From positions 147,660 to 211,659 of the forward strand of contig NIVC01001686.1 in the NCBI GenBank assembly GCA_002269645.1: a stretch of DNA of 64,000 bases, in the 5' to 3' direction. Of the stretch, positions 1 to 14,299 are shown piece by piece; position 1 is the stretch's first letter, and each line of letters begins with the position of its first letter. The DNA comes from Macrostomum lignano (Eukaryota). The translations under genes and the position numbers were made by a program. The notes beneath the pieces are model-generated. The model worked only from the letters and a program-made list of their open reading frames with translations. It did not search any database and was not told the DNA's origin.

Positions 1-70
1 AGTTGGATAAGTAGATAAGCAGTTAGACATGTAGTTAAATAAGTGTCAGCCAATCGCTCAATGGACTTAC

Positions 71-139
71 CGGATCTACATAGCTGCCATAGAGCACAGT
101 CTTCGGTGGTAGACCAGGATGGTACTGAGACCTGCCCTG

Positions 140-177
<38 letters not shown>

Positions 178-214
178 CCTGAGTCATGTAGTTCTGCGGA
201 GGCTGTAGGATCAA
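71..214 (-). CDS. Possible poly-Q coding exon of a minus-strand gene that continues left of the window
   Basis: CAG/CAA tracts read as ...MLILQPPQNYMTQEQ(n)GRSQYHPGLPPKTVLYGSYVDP, ending at a consensus donor CCG|GTAAGT (plus-strand acttac at 65-70). The start position is approximate and no domain is recognisable. Confidence 0.35.
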
Positions 215-594
215 CATGTCCGACTGCTGCTGCTGTTGCTGCTGCTGCGATAGAAAAATTTTGTCATTCAATTCAATCTTTCAGTTGGGGCATTTTCAGC
301 GTTTTGGTCTTTAAAAGTTTTGCGCATTCGGCTTGCTGGCTACAGGCAGAGAGCCTTGTCGCCGGATAAATTTAAAGATTTGCATCGCTTGTTCTGCGAA
401 CACAGTGCCGAAACTGACTGACCAGATTGCAGTTTATACCGCAGATTTGGTGTAGAGATGGAATAGAGGCAGTTACTGTAGGTGCACACGTTGTGGATAG
501 GAAAATTTTAATAATAGAGTCAGATAGATGCTCTATAGGATTTCGCTATAAATCCCAATCCTACTGTGTAGGTCTTTTCATTACTTTATATGTA

Positions 595-1380
595 TTCCAG
601 ATCCCAATAAGCGTTCGCAATATCCCAGATCCCAGAACTCATGAATTATCCCTATCTGAGACCACAAAATCCCAATTTATGATCCGAAATCCAGATGCGA
701 ACATCCCAGATCTCATTATCTCAGTCCCAATTTCTAAAAATTCCAATATTCCAGATCCCAAAAGCACAGATCCCAAGATCCCAGATTCGAATCCCAGATC
801 CCAATATCCCAGATTTCAATCCCAGATCCCAATACTCCAGATCCCAATATTCCCGCTTTTAATCCCAGATACTAATATCCCAGATTTCAATCTCGGATCC
901 CAATATCCCAGATCCCAATGCAATATCCCAGACACCAATATCCCGGATTCCAATCCCAGAACCCAACATCCAAGATTTCAATCCCAGATCCCAATATCCC
1001 AGGTTCAATCCCAACTCCCAATATCCCAGCTCCCAATCCCAGATATCATTATCCCATATCCCAATATCCGAGATTTCAATCCCAGATCCCAAAACTCCAG
1101 ATCCCAATATCCCAGATTCCAATCCCTGATCCCAATATCCCCAGATCCTAAATATCCCAAGCTAAATCCCAGTCGGTTCCCGGAACCCAATATCTCAGAT
1201 CCTAAATATCCCAATCTAAATCCCAGTCAATTCTCGGATCCCAATATCCCCATATCCTAAATATCCCAAGCTAAATCCCAGTCAATTCTCGGATCCCAAT
1301 ATCCCCATATCCTAAATATCCCAAGCTAAATCCCAGTCGATTCCTGGATCCTAATACCATCAGATCCTAAATATTCCAAT
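595..1380. repeat. Degenerate ATCCCAG/ATATCCC-rich minisatellite
   Basis: Dense tandem atcccagat/ccaatatccc motifs; the IP/NP-rich ORFs here are repeat artefacts. Confidence 0.85.
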
Positions 1381-1889
1381 AATGGTCTGAAACCAAATCA
1401 GATGTTTTTCATCAATGAAGTCGCTGCAGACCAATTGCCTTCTCCCCTCGCAGCAGTCCAGCCACTGGTGTAGGTGTGAGCAGCTATGGGCAGTATGCCT
1501 ACTATACTTGCATACTTGCATACTTGCGGAATAAAAAAATGCAGTTCTAACCACCCCCTGTCCAAGTAATCTCTACTAATCTTTTTACTTTAAGAGTGGC
1601 TTCAGATAGAAGAGTAAAAGAGTCATGAGGAGATAAACTGACTGCTGCCGTGAGTCCAGCTGACACCAAAAAAATGCTGTCCCCCCACACAGTCAACTGG
1701 GGATTTAAAAAAAAAGAAATCCCATTTCTGCTTTAGAAATCTCAGTTCCCAAACACACATACACACAGTTTGGGCTCAGAGTATATAGTGTAGACATAAT
1801 TATGGGATTTGCTGCATAGAATATGGGGAGGACAGATCGTATATATCCTCTCTCAGTTTAGCTATAAGGGCTTTGCAGAAAAAGAATGG

Positions 1890-1894
<5 letters not shown>

Positions 1895-1941
<47 letters not shown>
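1895..1941. repeat. (GA)n microsatellite
   Basis: Direct reading. Confidence 0.95.
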
Positions 1942-1948
<7 letters not shown>

Positions 1949-2587
1949 ATTTCTTGGAGTTGCACAGCTGTTGCCTCAACAATCGTGTTTGTTCCTCTCG
2001 CTGCTTGGAGCCCTGCGCATTCTGCAAGGAGCCGCGCTTCCAAAATCCCAAGCGGAAATTTGTGCTCAACTGGGATTTTGGCGATTTTGGCTTCGGCTTT
2101 GGCTATTAAAGACTGAGGAGGAGGGGGTAAATAAAGGTAGAGGCATTATAGGCATAGGCATAGAGTGCCAAATGATTGATGGCTAGGTGGCTGGTAGATA
2201 GATAAAGTAGGTAATGGTAGTTACTTAGGTAACCAGATTGGTAGGTAGGTAGACAGCAAGTAGATAAGGTAAGTTGATTTGGATGAGTTTATGCGCAGTT
2301 TAACATAACTAAGCGTGCATAGATACTCAAAAATGCCGCCCAGGACTAATAAGGCTTGGATGCGCTCCGACTGCGCAATTGAAACTCGCGGCGATACGTT
2401 TGCTAAGGACGAACGCTTATGCTAATGCATCGGAGCTATGCTGAATGCATCGTCAGAGGCCAGGCATGGACAAGCACCAAATCAGCTCTTCTGACCGAAA
2501 AGGGCGTATTCACTCTAGCCAATTAACATATCTGCATGTGTGTTGTGTGTTTCAGTTTAAATACTGCCAGTCTAGCTGGTTTATAAA

Positions 2588-2632
2588 ATAGATAGATAGA
2601 TACCTGTAGATAGATTGATAGATAGATAGATG

Positions 2633-2678
<46 letters not shown>

Positions 2679-2679
2679 C

Positions 2680-2777
<98 letters not shown>

Positions 2778-2778
2778 G

Positions 2779-2851
<73 letters not shown>
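2588..2851. repeat. (GATA)n microsatellite
   Basis: Direct reading. Confidence 0.95.
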
Positions 2852-2852
<1 letters not shown>

Positions 2853-3414
2853 CGAGTAGATAGGTTTTGGCAGACACCAATGCAGAGAAAGCAACCCCAT
2901 CGATGAAAAATGGATGATGGCGCAGAGAAGCTGACACGCTGAGGCGAGGAAACAGTGCAGAGAAGCGACCAATCGAGCTGCTCAGTCAGTCAGGCGGCCC
3001 CAGCCACTCCAGAAACTAATCAATCTTCGCTGGCTAACTATGGCCTCTCGCTGAGTCAAGCTCCCCTTTTTCTTATTCTGAGGGGGATTTTCGCCCTGGC
3101 GCTGCAGCCGCGCATCGAAATCCGCCGGAGCACTTTCGCCTAGTCTAAGACGGCTGGATAATCTCGGGGCTCTTAATCCCCCCCCACCACTGCCTCTGCC
3201 TGCCTGCTTGCTCAGTTGTGGGCCTCGGATACTGGGGGGGGGGGGGGGGGGTTGGAAACGGCCAGGCCAGGGAGACTCGGATGGAACGAGAAGCTAAAAA
3301 ACCACTTGACTGATTGATGGTCTGGGCTTGAGTGGCTTCTGCTGGGCCAATGCGAGTCTTCCGCACTTTGAAGGCCTGTCTGTCTAATCATTATTTATAC
3401 GCATATCCGCCTAT

Positions 3415-3829
<415 letters not shown>

Positions 3830-4448
3830 CATCGTTCCAGCACAGTCTATTCATCCAACATCGATTTGTGAGCACTTCCCCAGCCGAACACACTAACACG
3901 CGACACACAGGCACACCAGAGCACGCAGCTCAGGCTGCGGCAGCTGACAATCAGCATACTCAATACAGCAGAAGCCCGCAGAGGCCGGCCGGCACCCAAA
4001 CCAGGGAAATTGCCGCCCCGTCTCTTAACGGGGCCAATCGACAGCCCCCCCCAAACCCTTCAGCCACTTCAATGCCGGCCGGGCGAGAGAACCGCGGCGC
4101 AAGTCGACGCGGCCGCCGCCAGTTTGCCGGGCTCGGGCAGGATGGAGAAGTGTCGGGGAAATTGCTTCAGGGGATGTGGGGTGGCCGCTTATTCCCACCC
4201 GCATGTATAGCGAGTTCTGGAGGGGGAGAATTTGGTCGGATTAATGGGTGCGGGGCGTTAAGGATGGGCCGAGGGCGACAAGGCAGTTACTGGGAATGGG
4301 AGAAAAAAGGCTGAAGAGGGAAAGAAGGGGAGACGGACTCGAGAGATCTCATAGTGCTGCGGGTGGGAGAGAACGGGTAGAAAGAGGGAGAGAATGGTTC
4401 AATGAGTTGAGAAAAGATAGAGGAAAGAGTGAAGTCATCTGAGCATGC

Positions 4449-4844
<396 letters not shown>

Positions 4845-5679
4845 AAGAGACCAGAGACAGACACACGAAGAAGACACACGATCACTCTACACTCAAAGCC
4901 GATCATAACTCATCCCCAATGGGAGCAACACGCGAGTCCAGTTCAGAGCGGAGCAGCGAGCTGCACATAAAGCATTAGCGGTATCGGTGTATCGGGTCGG
5001 GGCCGATCAAGCTATACTTGTGCCGAAACTACTGCATATTATGTGATGCGCTGGCTGCTTGAGATAACAGTTTAGCATATTTATATTTGCCCTCGTTCCC
5101 ATCTCTCCCCGAGAAGTGTTCGAACTTCGAATTCGAACGGGCGCTTGCGGCCGCGCAGGGAAGGGAAGGCGGAGCAAACATCTGAGCGGCTGGCAATTCG
5201 AACTGATGGAAATGTCGAAGGCTTAGATTAGCATAAAGCCTGACTATCTGTGCTCCGTTGGGAATTTTCTCGACCAAAATGTTCCGAAGCCTTTGCCTAT
5301 CGGATGTACAATTTCCATTTCTGTCTATCCGGCGAATGAGGGAGGGCATCGCATTGTGCCGGACTCAACTTCTGGAACTGATTTATTCATTCATGCATCC
5401 CAATATTGAGCGGCCATGCCCAGATACAAGCTGCAACTCAATCAAGCTGTTTGCTCACAGCTTCTGTTCTGCAGCCGAAATTGCATGCCTGCTCATTCAA
5501 TCCCGAAAGTCCAGCATTACGGGGGGAGGCATTAAGCTAAATTCGATATTTCGGATTTGGAGTTCTAGTTCGTTCCGCTGCACGAGTCAGTGACTTTGAC
5601 AGGACTGTGGGAAGGAAATGATTGGCATGTAGTGACACTGTTGTGCCATTCAGAATTCATGTCCGCGGTGTTCGTGGAT

Positions 5680-6165
5680 CAGAATTGGATATCCGGGAAC
5701 TCCGGGATCTCGGTTGGCGAATTCCGATATCAGAATTGAGGGATTCTGAGATCATGGTTAAAGAATTTTGGGATCGGGAATTCTGGGATCAGGGGATTTC
5801 GGGTTCGGGGGATTCCGGGTTCGGGGGATTCCGGGTTCGGGGAATTCTGGGATCTTAGTTTGGGAATTTAATTCCGGGATCAGGATTGGGGGATTCTTAA
5901 ATCATAGTTAGGGAATTCCGGGATTGGGGAATTCCGGGATGTTGGTTGGGGAATTCCAGAATCAGGATTGGGGGGTTCTGAGATCATGGTTAGGGAATTC
6001 CGGGATCGGGGAATTCCGGCATGTTAGTTGGGGAATTCCAGAATCAGGATTGGGGGATTCTGAGATCATGGTTAGGGAATTCCGGGATCGGGGAATTCCG
6101 GCATGTTGGTTGGCGAATTCCGATATCAGGATTGGGGAATTCCAAGATCGGAATTGGGGAATTTT
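5680..6165. repeat. GGGAT/GGGAATTCC-rich minisatellite
   Basis: Repeated gggaattccgggat and tgagatcatggttagggaattccgggatcggggaattccggcatgtt units. Confidence 0.8.
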
Positions 6166-6724
6166 GTTTTACGGATTGAGGGTCTACCCAATTTAGAATT
6201 AGAGGGAATAAAAAAATCGTAGAATGAAAATTACTCAATACAAAAGAATAAAGAGTAAATCTGAATTCATATGGAATTCTGAGTGGCAAAAAAGCGAACC
6301 GATTTCACTGAATAAAAGCAGACTGCCAGACCGCAGGCAAAAGGATAAAAAAGATACATTCCATTCGTGGAAACGCAAGTCATTAAAGGATGGGAGATGA
6401 CTGTACAGCCTGAATATTGCAACCTTTTTATCCCTAGGGGGAGAAAATTTCTGTGATTGTGAGAATCTAGACTTTCATTTACTCATGACCCCGTGTTCTA
6501 GGAAGGTTGCCCAAGGCAAAGAAACTGAAACTGAAAAGCAATCTTTAGCGACGAACGTGCCATTGCATGGATGAGTGCATGCGTTGTACACGGACTGACA
6601 AACCTTGAAGCAGCTGGCGCAATAATTAATATCAAAAAATTGAAATGAGGAACTGGAACATTTCTCCCGCTGGCTAAAAGTTACATACATGTACATCAGC
6701 TTGTGTGTATCGGTTAAAACATGG

Positions 6725-7148
6725 CACTCTGGAATCAGCACTCGCTTAAATCCATGACAAATGAAGTTAGCACTCTGGAATCAGCACTCGCTTAAATCCA
6801 TGATAAATGAAGTTAGCACTCTGGAATCAGCACTCACTTAAATCCATGATAAATGAAGTTAGCGCTCTGGAATCAGCACTCACTTACATCCATGATAAAT
6901 GAAGTTAGCGCTCTGGAATCAGCACTCACTTAAATCCATGATAAATGAAGTTAGCACTCTGGAATCAGCACTCACTTAAATCCATGATAAATGAAGTTAG
7001 CACTCTGGAATCAGCACTCACTTAAATCCATGATAAATGAAGTTAGCACTCTGGAATCAGCATTCGCTTAAATCTATGGCAAATCAACATGGGACTCTGG
7101 AATCAGCACTCGCTTAAATCCATGATAAATAAACATGGCACTCTGGAA
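6725..7148. repeat. 46-bp tandem repeat, ~9 copies
   Basis: Unit cactctggaatcagcactcgcttaaatccatgataaatgaagttag starts at 6725, 6771, 6817... Confidence 0.95.
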
Positions 7149-7834
7149 CGCCATCAACCTTGCATTTCTCGACAATCTTGCCCAAGCAAAAAAGAAACAT
7201 GACAAGAAAGAAACATGATTATGAAATCCCATCCGGAGCACGGCTTCAGGGCATGTTGGGCTGCTTCTCCTCGAAAAAGAAGCCTTAAATTCGAAGCAAT
7301 GTACAAGTATATTCGGATTAACAGTCTGAAGCTGCGGCAGTTTTCAGTTCTCTCTGCAACACTGCACATGGGATGGGAGCCATTCAACACAAAAATAAGA
7401 CAGGATCTGGATGGGATGCAGGATTCAAATTCAGAGGGAAGACGGCCTCTTGGGAAATCGAAGTTAAAGCATCCATATATCTCTAATCTATAGGTCTATC
7501 GATAGCCTAGGGCAGCGATTGAAATGGGATTTGGGAAGTGGATTTAATGACGGAGTATGGACTGAAATATAAGTTTCCCAATAAAGTATTTAGAATCCTT
7601 AAAAAGATCGATTTAAAAAAACTAATATGCTAAGGTTCATAGAGTCACTGCAGATACAACCTTACAGAGGATTCACATCGCTCTAAAGTTTTCAAGTATT
7701 AATTTTCATAACGCCTAAACATTATACATTGCCTAATTTCTTCACGATAGCAATCTGGCCCGCTAAATGTTTGTATCTCTTCTTTTCAGATTTCTTTTCT
7801 TTTGTCTCTCCTCCCATCTCTAATCTCCTTTTTC

Positions 7835-8095
7835 TTTGCTCCTCTCTCTTCTCCCCTCTCCTCATGCTCCTCTCTCTTCTCCCCTCTCCTCATGCTCCTC
7901 TCTCTTCTCCCCTCTCCTCATGCTCCTCTCTCTTCTCCCCTCTCCTCATGCTCCTCTCTCATCTCCCCTCTCCTCATGCTCCTCTCTCATCTCCCCTCTC
8001 CTCATGCTCCTCTCTCTTCTCCCCTCTCCTCATGCTCCTCTCTCTTCTCCCCTCTCTCCTCTCCCCTCTCTCCTCTCTCCCTCTCTTCTCTCTTC
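7835..8095. repeat. 28-bp polypyrimidine tandem repeat
   Basis: Unit ctcatgctcctctctcttctcccctctc. Confidence 0.9.
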
Positions 8096-10149
8096 TCTCT
8101 CTGGCCCGCAATCATGCGCTAGATTTTATATGATCTGGGCCCTTAAGTAAAAAAAAGTTTTCCGAACCCTGCATGGCTTATGGGCAATTAAACATCAAAA
8201 AACGGGTTGTTCAAGCCAATGCCTTGCGTGCTCTACAGGCGATGTGAAAGTACTCTACGGGATACAATTATACAATTATATAATGTCTGTTTTGCGGGCT
8301 CGCTTACCTCACCTGCGTTACCCTGCGTCCCAGAAAGGAAATTCTGTTTATCCTAAAAAGAAGCAATCTGAGTAGACAAACAAAACAGGGGAAGATGGAA
8401 CTTTGCGAAGGTGCTGGTGCTGCTGTGCAACTAAAGCCTGTGTTGAACGAATCCTGTTGAGCTCCACTGCTCTGTGTTAACAGGCCTCCAATTCAAGCCT
8501 AGAGAGACAGAGTCGAAGCCCTTTCCATCGCGTTCATCCATGTTCTGCCCGGCTACCCGCCCCTGCTCCCTACCGCAGTTCGCTCGTTGAGTAGCCATTG
8601 GCAGAGCCGATAGGGAGAGAGGAGGAACCACAGGGCAGAACGGGTGTGGAGTGTGCGGAGCGTATGAGGCCAAAATAAGGCCAAAATAAGATAGGAAAGA
8701 AACTAAGGGGGAGAACGAACGGTAATAGAGGGGTGTGGAAATGGAACGAGTGGAGGAGAAACAGAGGGAGGGGAGAGAAGAGCCAAGGCAAAAGAGAGAG
8801 AGAGTAAAAATGGGATTAAAAAAGGGGAGACCAGCGCGATTCAGGATTCATCAAGAAGAGGAGACAGAATGACGATATAGAAGTCGAGACTCGAAAGAAA
8901 AAGAGCTTTGGGTGGAGTTCGGTCATTTGTCGTTCGGTTCCGATCGAGTCTGAGTCTGGGTGTCTCAGAGGTTTGTCTGACTGTCCCACCACTGTCCCAC
9001 CCGCTCTGGAGTCTGTGGGGTGTCTGTAGCCGTCTCTGGGGAGTGATGAGGGACGAGACTGGGAAAGAACTGAGTGACACTGACAGTAACCGACAGACAG
9101 ACTGAACAAAATATATCGAGGGAAGAACATTTTATAAGGTAATAAGGATTCTCTATCCGTCGTTTCGTTAACCAAGCCTCTTTATTATATATTAAAATTC
9201 TTCTAATTAGCATCGGATGGTAGGTTTTCCTAGGAACAACCCGAGGAAAGATGGGAGAAGTTCAGGAGAGGGGAAAGTAGGGGATGAGAGAAGGGGAGGA
9301 AAGGAGAGAGAGATTATTATACAATAACACTTTCATATTGTGCCTTGTGGTATTAACAAATCAAACTTACAATATTTCCATTGCCGACGTAAGTTAGTAG
9401 CGATTGAAGTGTTGGCTTGCAAACCTCGGTACCCATTTTAGAATGTCGAGTTAAATATTCAGTTTGTTAGTTTCTGTTAAAAGATGGTAACCTATAAGTA
9501 TAGGAACGCTTCCAATGTTTCACGATGGCTTATGCTGGTTTGAACTTATTAAACCACCGTCCCTGGTCCACATCACTGATGATGCCCAAAATTATAACCG
9601 GGGTGCCACTCTGTGTGAGGGGGGGGGGAATGACGAAGCCCTATTCAACCAACCCCTTGCCGCCGGTTCCTCAGTTTGGGGTCCCCGTTGCAATGTACAT
9701 TCTATATTCTTGTGCTGGCCTATTTAGTCATGGCCCAGCCGGCCTCGGTCGGGACTTGGGCCCTCCTCCTTTGCTCTGAATCAACCGCCTCCTCCCCTCC
9801 CCTACCCTCCCCTCCCATCTGCAAGTGGTGAATCACTCACCCAAGTCCAAAAAACCCCCTCCTCTCATCCCTGCCACTCCCCCACCCCCAGTTTTGGTCT
9901 GAGGATTCGAATTCTATTTTTAGAACGGACACTGAACATTCCGGGAGTCACGTGAAAGCTGGCTGGCTCGTGAGGCTAAATAATTGGATGGAAGCGTCAG
10001 TGAAGCGCCTGCAAGATACGACAAGTTATTACAATTTTTGGTTTTGGTTTTTGGACTAAGTCACTACATGGAACATGCAGATGCAGTGCAGATAATTTTT
10101 TTCTTCCCAAAAGAGCAAAATGAAAATCACTTTTTGAGCATTAAAGTAC

Positions 10150-10718
10150 GGGTACCTCTCATTTCGACGATTCTCGTTTCGCCGATTCTCGTTTCGCCGA
10201 ATCTCATTTCGCCGATTCTCATTTCGCTGACATTCTCATTTCGCCGATTCTCGGTTCGCCGAAATTAGTTTCATAACCATCTGGACATTAGACCATAGAC
10301 AACTACACTAATGCAAGTGTGATTTAGATGCCTATGGCTTGAAAAATAAAGTGTTATTTTTTTATTAAATATTAAAAGTATATTATAAGTATATTAAAAG
10401 CATATTAAAAGTATTAAATTAAAAGTAGTTTAATACTTTATTTTTCAAGCCATAGACATCTAAATCACACTTGCATTAGTGTAGTTGTCTATGGTCTAAT
10501 GTCCAGATGGTTATGAAACTAATTTCGGCGAACCGAGAATCGGCGAAATGAGAATGTCAGCGAAATGAGAATCGGCGAAATGAGAATGTCGGCGAAATGA
10601 GAATCGGCGAAATGAGAATGTCGGCGAACCGAGAATCGGCGAAATGAGAATGTCGGCGAACCGAGAATCGGCGAAATGAGAATCGGCGAAACGAGAATCG
10701 GCGAAATGAGAGGTACCC
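10150..10718. mobile_element. Non-autonomous foldback/MULE-type element with a 9-bp TSD
   Basis: Arms GGGTACCTCTCATTTCG...CGAAATGAGAGGTACCC are reverse complements. Each has tandem subterminal units, a ~100-bp unique inverted segment and an AT-rich spacer between them. Identical TTAAAGTAC flanks both sides (10141-10149, 10719-10727). Confidence 0.9.
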
Positions 10719-11148
10719 TTAAAGTACAAAAGGGTAAACTACGCTTGTAGCATTCTATATTACTTTGCGTTTTGTTTTTCAATATACTGTTTTGTGATTC
10801 GTGATTCTACTTATTCGTGATTAAATAAATGAGAGCAATTACGGTGTGTCGTTTTATTTCTTCGGATGAGCTCAGTTCTGAGCTGAAGTTTATAGAAATG
10901 AGAAAAATGGGCTTGACGAAATTTGTCAACAAACTGAATATAATGTGGGAAGGAAATTTCTAGAAAATCATGAAACTTCGCAATAAAGTAAATGACAAAG
11001 AACTTTCGAAAGGGTCACTTCAATCGCCAATCGAGCTGAAAACCGAGTTTAAATAGGCGAGAGAGTCGAGATAATATTTATTAAATATTCACCACACAAA
11101 CTTAAACAACAAAAATCACTGGAAAGTCCTGGAAATCCTGGAAAGTAC

Positions 11149-11449
11149 CAGGGGCGTCTCCATGGATTTTATGTTGGGGGGGGGGGGGCAAAGCCAAGAA
11201 TTTAACATGTACATGTACACTACTAAATTCCTACATTTCCATTATTTTGAGAATCGTGTTGTCAGGAATGTCAGCGCTCATTTTGGCGCCGAAGGCGCTT
11301 TATTTTGGCGCCCTGAAGAAAAATTATTGTTTACCACAACGAGTCACAAGGTGGGGTGGGGTGGGGGGACAAAGCATTGGCATGTCCCCCTATAGCTTTT
11401 ACTGGGGGGTGGGCATGTAACCCCTGTCCCCCCGGTGGCAACGCTCCTG
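11149..11449. mobile_element. hAT-type MITE (copy A)
   Basis: TIRs CAGGGGCGT...ACGCTCCTG; 8-bp TSD GAAAGTAC/AAAAGTAC (7/8); homologous to 12741-13715 in the opposite orientation. Confidence 0.8.
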
Positions 11450-12077
11450 AAAAGTACAATAAAATTTTATTTTTATTCATCTTGTTAAGTTCAAATATCC
11501 CTCTAAACTACTCACGTAAGTTAGTAGGATATTAGGAAATATGCTTTATATGAAAGTGAGACTTATGCTGGCTAAAGCAGATTTTTCTCGTAATATACTT
11601 CCTTTATAATATAGTTGATAACTCGTATTATTAAATTGATAAAATTCAAAGATTAAAAAGGATTTTCTCGACGATAACAAACTGCTTACAGATTAATTGT
11701 TCTCATATACATGTCCGCCTTAAGAACCTGGAACAACTCGAATATAAAAAATTGATTAATTTGTTTTTTTTCACCATCTTAACTAAAGAGAGAGCGAGGG
11801 CATGAGAGAATTGATTCCTAAATATGCTCGTATGACTGATAGCAAAAACACCAGCTTGCCTTCGATGGAGTATCACGGAGAGCAATATGTGTGCATGCAT
11901 TCATTTATTCAAAACAAGAATAACCATGCGTAGGGCAGGGGATATGGTAAAGGTAGTCGATACCCATGGAGAAAGTTTGCCTGAACAAAGCTTTCCTGAA
12001 TTTCTCGCCAATAGTTTGCTTTCGAAGTTTTGTTGTCAAGATTTCGCACTTTGCGCATCAGCGATTCAAAATTTCCT

Positions 12078-12350
12078 AAACCTAAACTAAGAATCGCCCC
12101 TAAGCCTAAACTACGAATCGCCCCTAAGCCTAAACTACGAATCGCCCCTAAGCCTAAACTAAGAATCGCCCCTAAGCCTAAACTACGAATCGCCCCTAAG
12201 CCTAAACTACGAATCGCCCCTAAGCCTAAACTAAGAATCGCCCCTAAGCCTAAACTAAGAATTTCGCCCCTAAGCCTAAACTACGAATCGCCCCAAACCC
12301 AAATCGCCCCTAAACCTAAACTTAAAAACCTAAAACTACGAAGCGCCCCT
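12078..12350. repeat. 24-bp tandem repeat
   Basis: Unit cctaaactacgaatcgcccctaag (the PKLRIAPK ORF is an artefact). Confidence 0.9.
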
Positions 12351-12740
12351 TCAACTAAACTAATAACCACCCTAAACCTTAACTTTGTAATTTAAAAGAG
12401 CAGGAAATTACTAGTTTAGTAGCTAATGTAGAGAAAACTATTGTTACTTTTCTTTACTAACAAAAGCGAGTGTACAAGGTCAAAAGCTACAGGTAGTTAG
12501 TTTATTAAAAAAACATTACTTTCTTTGTTTGCCTGTTCAACGGGGCTCAGAATTGCTGTTACACAGCTCGTACTATTAATTCCGTATCGTGAGTTTCGGT
12601 AAATATGAAAACAAGTTGAAAAGTGAAGAGCGCAAAAAGCTACTCTAAGTAGTATGAATAGTAAGGTAAGTCCTATTAAGTCTACCGTGGAGAACGAGCT
12701 AAAAGCAAAATGGACTGAATTAAACAAGTTTCTTCTAGAT

Positions 12741-13715
12741 CAGGGGCGTTGCCACCAGGGAGGGGGACAGGGAAGACATGCCCCCAGTATAAGCTATGGA
12801 CGGGACATGCCAACAATGCTTTCCCCCCACCCCAGCTTGTGACCCGTTGTGGAAATCAAAATTCTCAGGGCGCCAAATTATAGTGCCAGCGGCGCCAAAA
12901 TGAGTGCCTTCGGCGCCAAAAAAATGAGTGCCTGCGGCGCCAAAATGAGTGCATGCGGCGCCAAAATGAGTGCCTGCGGCGCCAAAATGAGTGCATGCGG
13001 CGCCAAAATGAGTGCCGGCGGCGCTAAAATGAGTGCCTACGACGCCAAAATGAGTGCCTGCGGCGCCAAAATGAGTGCCTCTGGCGCCAAAATGAGTGCC
13101 GGCGGCGCTAAAATGAGTGCCTACGACGCCAAAATGAGTGCCTGCGGCGCCAAAATGAGTGCCTCTGGCACCAAAATGAGTGCCTGCGGCGCTAAAATGA
13201 GTGCCTGTGGCGCTAAAATGAGTGCCTGCTGTGGCGCTAAAATGAGTGCATGCTGCGGCGCTAAACTGAGTGCATGCTGCGGCGCTAAAAAGAGTGCCTG
13301 TGGCGCTAAAATGAGTGCATGCTGCGGCGCTAAAATGAGTGCCTGTGGCGCTAAAATGAGTGCATGCTGCGGCGCTAAAATGAGTGCATGCTGCAGCGCT
13401 AAACTGAGTGCATGCTGCGGCGCTAAAAAGAGTGCATGCTGCGGCGCTAAAAAGAGTGCATGCTGCGGCGCTAAAAAGAGTGCATGCTGCGGCGCTAAAA
13501 AGAGTGCATGCTGCGGCGCTAAAAAGAGTGCATGCTGCGGCGCTAAAAAGAGTGCATGCTGCGGCGCTAAAATGAGTGCATGCTGCGGCGCTAAAATGAG
13601 TGCTGAACAACACCGATTCTCGAAATATTAGACAGGTAGGAATTTAGTCATGTACATGCGCATGTAGAATTCTTGACTTTGTCCCCCACCATAAAAATTA
13701 ATGACGACGCCCCTG
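12741..13715. mobile_element. hAT-type MITE (copy B) with an internally expanded 21-24 bp satellite
   Basis: TIRs CAGGGGCGT...ACGCCCCTG; TSD TTCTAGAT/TTCTGGAT (7/8); internal ggcgc(c/t)aaaatgagtgc array at ~12885-13605. Confidence 0.85.
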
Positions 13716-14299
13716 TTCTGGATCGAATACCTGCACGATTCCAACGCAGTAGCTGCTACGTAGCAAATTTTCAGATTCAGATATAAGGAAGCGAACCTCC
13801 GACGTCATCCCAAAATGAACTCTGCTATTGGACAGATAGGCGCACCTCTCTGATGGTCTTTAATTATATGCATGAGATATCATTGCTGTACATACTGTAT
13901 CATTATGTATAGTCTTGCTCCAGTTGCTGCGCATAGGACATATTATGGGACTCTACCCTCCTCTCTACCTCCTCTATAATAGCAATAGATGCAAAGGAAT
14001 TCCTCCTTTCTGCGTTACTATGGTTACCTTAATACAACGGGCTCCAGACCCCTTATCCCGCATATCATTTGTGCTTGATGCCTGCTTGCAAGCAGTGCAG
14101 TATGTATTGAGGCCATTTGGCTTACCATACCCTGCGCCACTGTCGACGACAATAAAGCTTGCCTATCCTTTTTAGTCTCAGCTTGAGCGCTAAAATTTAC
14201 ACTACCACAGAGTTAAATTGAAACTTATAATTGTATTGAATTTAGCCAGCGGGACCTGCGATTTCATGAGGTAAACAATTATAGGATACCGGAAGAATT

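Noticed and set aside
427-1260. 277-aa IP/NP-rich ORF
   Set aside because: Translation of a minisatellite; open in several frames and on both strands.
5029-5593. Two ~110-aa ORFs in unique sequence
   Set aside because: No recognisable domain and no convincing splice context.
6725-7148. CRISPR-like appearance of the 46-bp repeat
   Set aside because: The units are contiguous with no unique spacers, there are no cas genes, and the context is eukaryotic.
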